A stretch of DNA of 63,969 nt, the filler included, from Chrysochromulina tobinii (lineage: Eukaryota): the NCBI GenBank assembly GCA_001275005.1. It is 8 parts of 8 records of this genome, joined end to end, with 100 filler letters (N's around TTAATTAATTAA, not from the genome) between each part and the next. Parts side by side here need not be neighbours in the genome. Positions count along the whole stretch, not along the records: positions 11,044 to 22,523 come from JWZX01000442.1; 7 more parts are not named here. One strand, 5' to 3'. A model generated the notes under the pieces. It saw only the letters and a program-made list of their open reading frames with translations. It was not told where the DNA came from and did no database searches. This document shows, one piece after another, positions 11,044-21,600 of this stretch. Position numbers and translations under genes: made by a program. Each line of letters begins with the position of its first letter. Position 1 is the stretch's first letter.

Positions 11044-12502
11044 GTGATGGGGGGGGTGGCGAAGGAGGCCTTGTGCAGTCGAGAATGCCCTGGGAGAGCC
11101 AGTGGGCCTTGAGCTGCTCGTCGTTGAGGCTCGTCGGCACTCTCAGCGCCAAGCGAATCGAGGACATCAGCTCGTCCGTGAGCTCGTCGCCGGCGTTCAG
11201 CGTCACTTGCGGTACAGCAACATCGTCAATGGGAGTGAGGCCACCGCCACTGTGCGTTTGGGGAGTGGTGGTCGCGGTCGGACCCCGTCTGCCGATCGTG
11301 AGGTTGGCGTACTGAATTGGGGGCATCGGAGACGGCGGTGGCGGTGAAGGTGGGGGGCTCGGCGGTGGCGACGGTGGCGGAGGCGATGGAGGTGGCGACG
11401 GCGGAGGAGGTGAAGGCGGCGGTGATGGCGGCGGCGGTGAGGGTGGGGGCGATGGCGGCGGCGGCGAGGGCGGTGGCGAGGGTGGCGGTGGCGAGGGTGG
11501 AGGCGAGGGTGGAGGCGGCGACGGCGGTGGCGACGGCGGAGGAGGCGTTGGGGGGGGCGAAGGCGGTGGAGGCGATGGAGGGGGCGAAGGCGGGGGCGGC
11601 GATGGAGGGGGTGATGGAGGGGGTGGTGAGGGAGGTGGCGACGGCGGTGGTGGCGAAGGGGGCGGCGGGGAGGGCGAGACGAAGGGCCCGTGCACGTACA
11701 CTTCGATGAGGTTGAGCACGCGATTCTCACCCGGCAGGACAATGGTGACATACCACCCTGGCAGGCTGCCGCAGTCAAAGGCGAAGGGGCCGCACCGGTC
11801 GATTGCTGGGTCGCGCAGGTTTGGGAGTCCAGTATCGTATTCAGTACGCTGGTGCGGCAGATAGGGATCCACGTGGTCGCACAACCTGGGATCCAAGCTG
11901 ATATTCATATTTGGGGCCCACCACGTATCTTGACCAGCCGCGCATTGCGCGGATGTCTCCGAGCGCCAATCCCCAGGCGACTGCCCAATCCAGATCTGAA
12001 AGGGTGACAGACGATCGTGAATCCACCAGTCTGTGTGCGGGCGATTGTAGACTTCAACCCACTGGACCAACGAGGGGGGGTTGAAATCGATGCCGTCAAT
12101 GGTGGGCTCGCCGCCTGGGATCTGGATGCTGATCCACGGATTGGTCGTGCCACACAGCGCATCAGGCTCGAGGTCACAAGGAACTTCAAGCGAGTGGCAC
12201 ATGGAGGTCTCGTTGAGACTATCGTCGATGCAATTCTCGGCTTTCCATGGTGGTTGCACGGAGCTCATGTTGACGCTCATCCGATGTAGACGCGTAGCCA
12301 AGGGTAAAGGGGCGCTGAAGGACTCGACATAGGTCACCCCAGGGGTCGGCGACGGTGGTGGCGGTGGCGGTCGAAAAGGAGGTGGTGGCGATGGCGATGG
12401 GGGTGGCGGCGACGGGGGCGGTGGCGGCGAACGGATAAATATCTGTGCGTCGGTGATGCTCAACGTCGTGAGGAAGAAGAGCACCCCGTGCATACGGGTC
12501 AT
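11044..12502 (-). CDS. Secreted proline-rich (SPPPP) glycoprotein with an F-type lectin/galactose-binding-like domain, 3'-partial
   Basis: Signal peptide; AENCID..CHS..NPWISI..VEVYNR...RL..F.IWIG...YVTIVLPG..RVLNL.EV.V; extensin-like SPPPP arrays. Confidence 0.78.
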
Positions 12503-12659
12503 GATGGCGAGGCCCGAAGCAGGAGGCGTGCAACGCGATCAAAGACCCACGCACGGGAATGCTGCAGGACGAACCGCGGGTACAGTACCGGTAAGCGCAC
12601 GCCTCGCGGCCAACCAACCTCCCGCCCGAAACCGCCGCGACGCCAACGGTTATTTTCTT

Positions 12660-15600
12660 TCGAGGTGACAGTCAGTCAGTCAGTGCGGCAGAGTCCGAAA
12701 CAGACAGACCACCCAATCTGTCACAGTCGACTGCAAAGTTTCAAGTACAAGTACAGTAATCAAGCTCACCGCAGGTGTGGTTGTGTTCAGTGTGGGTGTG
12801 AACGAGGGCTCCCCGCAGGCGAGCCGGCCAACCGGCCCGGCCGAGCATGCATGCATTGTGTTCCACATCCATATCGTATCCATATGCGGAAGGGGCGAGC
12901 ACCGGTACGTCGCCCCTTGTCCGCTTCGCAAGAGCGACGAGTCACCTCGTTCGCCATCGCGTGTTGTTGTTGTCGTGTCTAGCCGATGGACTTCGTCGCC
13001 GTTCCGGCTGGGACAGCGCCCGTGGCCGCTTTGGCCCTCCGCGGCGCTGATCCCCCACTTAGCTTCGCGACGGCAGATTCATTCAACACGACGCTGGGCG
13101 TCGCCCTCTGTGCTGTGCCTGGCGCAGCACCTGGGCGGATGGAGGCAGCGTACTCCAACGTGGCGGCCGAGCTGGTAGGCGCGCTGTTCACGAACGACGC
13201 GGCCGTGCTCGACTCCGCCACGATCCTCAGCGTCATCGATCCGACCAAGCTGCGCGCCGTCTGGCTGCGGCTTGTGTTTGACGGCCTGGATGATGCTGCC
13301 TCCCTTTCGGGCTCGCGCTTCAGATATGAGCGCGACAACGTTCTGGCGGGGCTGGACTATTCCGCGCTGGGGATGCCTGTGGGCTACCTGGTCACGGCAG
13401 CCGATCTCTTTCTGACGGAGGTGTCCGCCGGCGCGGTGGGCGGAGGTCCCACGCTGTGGGTCCGCTCCACTACGATCCGGGCGTTCGCATCGCCTGTGCG
13501 AGGCCATCCGGGGCTCTATAGCCTGGCTCCCCTTGCCGACCTGTATCGCTTCGCTCCGGGCATCTTTCACACGGCCGAGCGCGACCTGGTCGACTCTCCA
13601 TTTCGGCTCGTCCTGGAGGAGTCCCGGCGTCGTGCGCAGGACGCTCACATGCCGTATGCCGCTCTCGCCTCCGCGAGCCCGCTGAATACGGCGCGTGCGG
13701 CGGCGCAGGCCTTCATCGCGACCGCGCCCCCTGGGCGCAACTGGGAGCTGTATGGTCCAAATGGCACCCCTGGTGACCTCACTCGGCGGGCTCAGGACTG
13801 GTCGGATCGTTGCAGCCTTGCTGGGCCGATCGGAGCAGGCGGCGGCGGGCACGCGTTCCTCGAGGTCGTGTGCCGTCGCTTCGACGAGCTCGCGCTGGCG
13901 CTTCCATCGCTGCACACGGTGCTTGAGGGCCTGCTGTCCGTGCAGGCCATCACTGCCGAGCTGGCCTCGCTCGCGGCTGGCTGCTTCAAGCCGGCGCGCG
14001 GGCTACCGGTCAACATCCAGATGCTGCTGGCGATCGAGGCGGCTTGCCTCGAGCTCCTCTCGCCCATGGAAGAGCACAACCTCCTCACGGCGCGGCAGCG
14101 CGTCGAGTGGATCTGCACCATGCAGCAAGACACGCACGCGCGTGGCGGCGGCGGCGGCGGCGGCGGTGCGTCGGCAGACTCCTCGGAGTCCGTCGACCAC
14201 AGCATCCTTCAGAGGGTGAAGGCGGCCCTTTCGACGCCGGTGGCCCGCATCTACTTCGCCGAGCTCCGGGCTCTCCTAGACGCGGTGCCGCCCAACTCTC
14301 TCACCATCTCCAAGAAGCTCACCAGCAGTCCGCTCGCCTTCGTTCGGCGTATGGGCACCGGCGTTGCCCCGCCCTCTTCGTGCACGTCCTCGCTCTGGCG
14401 CGACGAATTCGACCGGGCGTCGTTGCACGTGCTCAAGGACAAGTGGCGCTACAATCTTAGCATGCGTCTTGCCGCTGACAAGCAGGGCAAGGTCATGCAG
14501 ACGGCTGAGAAATATCGCATCTCGTCGATCGCGGCCGCGGCCATCGCCGAGTTCCGGTTCGACGAAATTGACTGGTTTGGATTGACCTACGAGGTACGCG
14601 GGGTGCAGGCCGACACGGATTTCATGCTCATGCCGATCGAGCTGCACTACTCCGAGACGGATCACTTTGTGAGCCTGGGCATGGTCGTGCAACGCGTCGA
14701 GTCGGCGCTGTCCCTCGACTCGCTGGCGACCAACTCGCTCACATCGGCCGTCGACCGTGCGAAGACATTCTTCCAGGACCACTGCACACCCGAGCTCACC
14801 CGTGCGGACGACATCGAGACCATCCAGACCTTCTTTAAGGAGATGTGGTCGTCGGTCCGTGAGGAGTGGTTCCCAGTCATCTCGGGGCGCGCGCCGCTGC
14901 AGGCATTTCCCGATGTGGTCGTCCCGCGCAGCTCATCGTGCTGGGGCGCTCTGGACGAGGCGGAGAAGGATGGCGTGGCGACCAAGGCGCTGCTTCGGAA
15001 CAAGGCACTGGCGCACAAGCTGGGGCTTGACACGACGCGCGTCTCGTACCCGGCGGGCATGGCTCGCCCGGGCGCGGCGGGCTCGTCGCGCGCCGGGCGC
15101 TCGCGCTCGCCGTCGCCTTCTGGTGGGCGTGCTAGCCCAAGCTCCCGCCGTGACGACGGCGGCGGCATCTCGCGCCGGCCGCCGACGCCGCCGGGGGAAG
15201 GCGGCCCTCCCATGGCGGTTTTCTGGAGGAACCAGACTGACTTCGCCTTCTCCTCGTCGGGCACGACGGTGGTCCCTCTGCAGGCGTCGATCGCCACCGG
15301 CGTCAGCCAGACCAAGTTCTGCTGGCCGGTGGTGGCATCGCTCAAGGAGACCGCTGCCCTTCGCCGCAGGTACTGCCAGACGCCCGGCCACGCTCGCTGC
15401 ATCTCGGGTGCCGCGCACGAGCAGTCGGACCGCATGCGGGTCTACTTCACCAAGCTCTTCAGCGGGAAGAGGAAGCAGCAGGATTTTGAGCGCGGTCGGG
15501 ACCTGGACGGACCCGACCGTGACTATACGTCCACGGCTAAGGCGGCGAAGCTCGCCAGTGACCTCGAGGCCGACATGCTGGCGACGCCCGCGGGGTGGCC

Positions 15601-18600
15601 GCCCGGCACGGGTCCGCCGGCGCTCAAGCTGGGCGGGCTGGGTGAGCGGATGGCTTTTGGCCATCCCGCGATAGTGCCGGGCTACCGCTCTGTCGAGCCT
15701 GGTGAGGAGGTAGAGGAGGAGGAGGTCGACTGGTCGGGCATGGCGGAGGCGTGGGCTCACGACGACGCGGCGGCGGCGTCGGGCAGCGAGCGCAGCGCGG
15801 CGGCGTCCGCGGCGGCGGCCAAAGGCGGTGGCACGCCTCGGGGGGGTGGAAAGGGTCGTGGCAAAGGTCGCGGCGCCAAGGGGGGAGGCAAGGCGAAGGG
15901 CGGCGGCGCCAAGGGTGGCGAGAAGGGTGGCGCCAAGGGGGGCGGCGGCGCCAAGGGTGGCGAGAAGGGTGGCGCCAAGGGGGGCGGCGGCGCCAAGGGT
16001 GGCGAGAAGGGTGGCGCGGCGGCTGGTGAGAAGGGCGGCAAGGGTGCCGCTGGGGGAGGCGGAGCCAAGGGGCGAGGCAGAGGCGGAGGCAAGGGCGGAG
16101 GCAAGGGCGGCGGGCGCGGGCGCGGCCGCGGCGGAGCGGTGGTCTCCTTTGCCTCGGGGGCGGCTGGCGCTGCGTGGTCGGAGGTGGCCACGGCGGCAGC
16201 CAGGGCAGCCAGGGCGACGGCCAGGGCGGCAGTACCCGTTCTGCTCGCGCCACTGGCGATGTCGTCCAAGATTATCCTCTACATGCTCGCGATCTCGGCC
16301 ACGTCCGCGCCCGCCCTGCTGCTGCCGGCTGGCGGCGGCGTCTGGGGGCGTGAGGCGCCTCGCACGTTCCTCGGTGCGGCGGCGATGAAGGGGGCTTCAT
16401 CCGCGGCGTCGCGCTGGGCGCCAGCTCTTCTCGAGGACCAGCCGCGGGGGCTCACGGCGCATTACGTGGCGGCGCAGCGGCTCGCTTCAGGCGACTCGCT
16501 CTGCTGCACTAACTGGGTTGCAGTGTGCCTGGTGGCGCCAGGGCTCGTGGGCGCGCCCGGCACCGTCTGGCGAGATCTCAGCGAGCTCGAAGGGACGCCT
16601 GAGCACGCGATCGCGGCGGTCGCCGCCTATCGTGGGCACAGCCTCTTCTACGATCTTCCTGCTCTCGCGAGCCTGGAACCGATCTTCACGGGCGCCGAGC
16701 GCGACGTGGTCGACAGGGCCCTCGGCGTGGGTGGTGGCTTCGAGGTGGGCAAGCGTGCCGCCATGCCACCACTGCCAGGGCCGTCGCAAGGCTTTGAGAG
16801 AGAGACGCGCAGCTTTGACGAGATGTGGGCGGTTCACCGCTCCGAGGTGGCGGAGCTGAGGGGCGTCTTCTCAGAGCCGGGGCCCGCGCTCACGGCGCTC
16901 GAGGCGGGTCGCCTCGCGTGCCCCCTCGCGGCGGGCTACGGCACCACAGGATCCGAGTGCGTGAGCGAGCTTGCGGCGTCCTTCGACAAAATCTGGGCGG
17001 CCGACTGCCCGGCGTGGCGCGAGCGGATCGCCGAGGCGGACCCGGCTCAGATTCCCCTGTCCCTCAGAGAGACGGGTGCGCTGGCGTCGTTCAAGGACGA
17101 GGCGCTGGCCCTCACGCCCTTCGCATCGAGGTGCCGGCCGCCGTGGACGGCCAAGCGGCCTCCACCCGCGCCGCAGCTGCCCGGCCCGCCGGGCCCAAGA
17201 GACTTCGAGGGGTTCTACCCGCCAGGGCACTTTCGCGCAAAGGCGGACCCATGGCTGTTCGCCCAGCGAGCGTATCTGCTTGACGCGCTCGAGCACGGCG
17301 AGGCATGCACCGCCAAGCCGCCTGAGGTGCTCATCTTCTCGGATCACGAGCGGCTGCCCGAGTACCGTGGGCGGCTGTACGAGTACGACGCCGCACACGG
17401 CGAGTACACGCTCACGGACACGGCGGCGCCGGCGACCACGCACCTCAATCTGCCCTTCGCGGTCCACTTCTCGGAGGGCTACCCGGATCAGGAGATCTTT
17501 AGCACCCTCGAGTTTGGGGTGGACTTCGACGCGGACAACTTGGAGATGCAGGTGGTGCTGCCCCGGCACTTGCAGTCGCTGGCCGGCGGTCTTGCCAAGA
17601 TCCAGACCGACATCGCCATGAGGGCTGGCCGCGGATGGTACGAGCTCTTCGACCGCATGCCGCGCAACCCGTGGAGGCCTCAGCAGGTGGGAACTCGGCC
17701 GAAGCCTAACGGCAAGCGCCGGGTGATCATCAACGCATCATTCCCTCATGGCGAGCTAGCCGACGACTACGGCGTCCGTGTCCACGCCCTCAACGCGCTG
17801 TCGAAGCGCAGCTACGACTCCGTCAGAGGATCTGACGGCAAGCGCATGTGCCGGCTGCTCGACAAGGTCCGGGTCACGGCGCGCTCAGCGCCACCACAGG
17901 CTGATGATGGGGCGGTCAAGCCGCTGGCAGAGGCCGCTCAGTTCTCGGCGCGACTCGGCAAGGTGCGCGTCGAGCGAGCGGACGCGTCGGCAACGCATCC
18001 CTGGAGCGTGCAGGGTGGGCTGGGGTCGATACTCGGTACTCCCTTTCTGGCCCGTGGGGCCGACCAGCAGGAGGCGGCTTGCGACGCCTACGATCTCCTG
18101 CATGCCAACCCGAACCGCTCGGCGTTCACCGTCGCGGCCGAGTTCGGGCTCAAGTGCAGCGCGTCGCAGGCCCGAGTGTCTGCACGGGCGCGTGCATCAT
18201 ACGAGTCGGTGCTGGCCGCCGGCGTCGCACGCGGGCGCAGCCTTCAGCTTGTTGATCGCGGCCGTCCTGGTCGGAGCCACCTCGACGCGGTGGCCGTGCG
18301 GGTCGTCGCCAAGGCGCGCCTGCTCAATGACGCTCAGCGTGTTGCACAGGCGGCCGTTGGCACGGCGTCAAAACTCGTGCTGCACCTGTTTGCGAGCTCG
18401 GGCGAGCTGGCGGACGAGCTTAAGCTCCACGGCGTCGGGTGCACCACCGCCGGCATCCACCGTAATGCGGATCTCTGCGAGGACGCGACGTACCAGCGTC
18501 TCATGGCTCAGGCTTGCGCGGGGGTGTACGTTATGGTGGTGGCTGCCGTCTGGTCTATGTCGGGCAGCGACGAAGTAACGCGGCGCGTCGTGGCGGTCAT

Positions 18601-21600
18601 CACGGCGGCCTGCCGGCGTGGGGCGTCATACGTCCTTGAGAGCCCAGCCGAACAGGTGGGCGTCGTCCCTGACCTCGAGCTCGAGCTCCGGCGCCAGACA
18701 GACTCGAGAAAGGCATGCTTTGCCCGGTGCCGCCTTGGGTCAGAGAGCCAGCAGGCAACCACGATGATTTACTCGGCGGGGCTTGCTCGGCTTGACGCTC
18801 TGGCAGGCCTGCACTGCCGGTGCCATGGTCTCCACGCTGCACGAGCGGCCTCGAGAAATTCACGACCATACGAGCTCACCGCGCTCATCGCGGCCGCGGC
18901 GGCAGACTGGGTACACCGTGCGCAGGCGGGGGCGACGTGGACCGTAGGGCTCGCACTCCGCCCGTGCGAGCGCGTGCTCGCCCTGAGCGACGACGGCGCC
19001 AAGCGCCCGCCAGAGCTCAAATGGTACATATCGGAATACATGAGCGACGACGCCGTGCTGAAGCACGTCTCCATCATCGTAGGGACCTTCGTGGTGACGC
19101 TCAGCGACGACTTCAATGACTGGTTCTACCAACTTAAGCTCATGGCAGGCTGTTACTGGATGGTTGGCTACATCTTGCTCGAGCTCGAGAAGCTGGCCTC
19201 CGAAGCGCCCGAGCTGCGCTACATCGTCGAAAAGGTCCTCGGCCAAGGCACGGTCCCGGGCTCCAATTGGGGTCAGCGGCTCTGCGAGTTAGTCCTTCAC
19301 ATGTGGGACACGGTCTTCGAGGTCCTCGATGGCTCGCACACGGCGGCGCAGCGGCTCGACTCGCCCGAGCTCGACGGCTGGTTCGCCCGGCGCGAGGCCG
19401 CGGGACTGGCTGGCCGCCTCCACGCCAGAGGCGGCTACACTGATGACACCAAATTCCGGTTCGTTGGGCCAGAGCGCGCGCGACGCGGGGCCAAGGCTTG
19501 GTGTTTCGTCACCAAGGGCTTCCGGACCATCATGGCTGACGCGTCCAAACGTATGCTCGGAGTACACGACGTCTCCCTCGGCACGTGTTTCAACTACTCG
19601 CTAGGAATCGCGTTCATCGGCGAGGATAAGCTGCAGCGCGCGCTCGCGCAGCTCCACAGCCTTGCGCGGGGCGAGCTCGCGGCGAGCATCTACAGGTCGC
19701 TCGTTGGGCTGTTGCTCCACCTGGCCTTCCTCGCGGGCATGCGCCCCTCTGCGACGCACGGCATGTTCACGCCCATGATGGAAGGAGGAGCGCTAGCGCA
19801 AGGGCCAGACACGCTCGTCGCCGGACGGCACCTGACGCCGGCCATTGTGGCGAGAGCGGGCGAGTGGACGGAGCGCTTGTCGCGCTCATCAGGCGCGCCC
19901 TTCACGAGCGCGGTCGCATCGATGGCGCGCGTCGCGCAGGCAGGGCCTGGAGCGGCGCGCCACTTCTGGCGGAGCGACGCGTGTAAAGAGGGCACCACTC
20001 ACCCCGGGATCGCGGGGATCTGCACGGGACGTGGAAGCCCACGCGTGTGGGTACGCCGCCTGACGGGCGACGAGCTGCTGCTACCGGTGCCGGTGACGGA
20101 GTTTGCTGGCTTCTTTGGCAACTGCAGCCTCTGGGGCGCCTCCGTCCCAGCTGACGAGCTCGTTGTGTCCGAGGTTGACGCGCTCGTGCCAGCGTTCGTG
20201 CTCACTCGAGAAGCGTCGGCGTCACCGCTGATGCAGCACGTGCTCGCAGCCGTCAATGCGCTCGAGTGCATGGCGCGCCTTCGGGAGCACATGACGATCG
20301 GCCACATCAGCAGCGAGGTGAACGTCACGGCTGACCTTCCCAGCCGAGGCCGCATCTCCGAGCTCCTGCTGATCGCTGAGCATGCGGGGGCGAACCTCAC
20401 CATCGAGCCGCACCCGGGCGCGCTCGACTTGCTGCTCAGCGAGCTCGTGCAGCTCGAGCTCGACCGGCGCCCAGCCACCGCTCTGGGCTCTCACAATATA
20501 TGTATGGATGGACGACCTCTGGCCCACGTGGAGAGGGTCCCCGCGTGCGCCGACGTGACGATCTCTCTCTCGGCGCCTGGGCCGCAGCGCCACGTTGCGT
20601 CGGCCAACCGCCCTTTGCCGTACGCACGTCCCAGGGTGGAGCGCCACGTTCCCGCTGCGGCGGTTGCCGCCGTCGGTCACCACCACGCTGCGGTGGCGAT
20701 CGACCTGCCGGAGCGCACCGTGACGACGACGCAGCTTGAGGCACCGCACGACTTCACAGTGCAGCGCCGTGCGGCCGTAGTCGAGCGTGAGTCCGATGTG
20801 CTCGATCTCATGCTGCCCGAGCGTACTGCGCTAAAGCGGCTGCTCGGCGACACAACCTGCTACGCGCTCAAGCCGGCGGCCGCCTCACGGCTTGCTCAGA
20901 TGTGCGGTGCGGTCCACGACGCCACATGGGACAACGCCGGCTCGAAGGCCAAGCTCGACAGCAACATGAAGCTCTGGCGCGGCTACTGCGACGGCCTGAA
21001 CACGCCCTGCTGGCGGCCATGCGAGGCGGGTCTCACGATGCAGGAGAAGGAGCGAGAGGCGATTCTCGCAGCCAACTTCCTGCCGTACGCCCTCACGGTC
21101 ATGCGCGGGCGGCGAGGCTGCGCGCAGGCCAAACCCGCGAGCGCGTACAAGGCATACCTCGGCGTGCGCAAGGCGCACAGCAAGCGCACCGTCGAGCTGC
21201 CCTCGACTAAGCTCGTCTGGCAAATGTGCAAAAGGCTGAATGCGAAGCACCTGAACGAGTTTGGCGCCCAGTCGCTCATCGTGAGGCGCAAGCAGCCCTT
21301 CACCAAGGAGATCCTCCACGAGCTCCTGATCTCGACCGACAAGGGCGCACTCGACCTGACGGTGCCCGCCGTAGGAGCGGCCTTCCGCGCCTTTGTCGCG
21401 ACATTGCGCCAGACGGGCATGCGCAAGAGCGAGCTCGCGCTCAGCGCCGGCGCTACCTTCACGCCCGCGCTGGCGACTCGCTCGCACTTGCAGTGGTGCC
21501 TTCGAGGTGTCATCTATGCTGACCCGCCGGCGGATCTCCTCCGGCACCCCCGAAATGGTGACTATGCGATCCTCATCCCGCCGCCCAGCAAGGCGGACCC

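Noticed and set aside
12690..12740. Hammerhead ribozyme upstream of the DIRS ORF (GAAACAGA...TCTGTC)
   Set aside because: A stem III-like pairing exists, but there is no CUGANGA core in a compatible position
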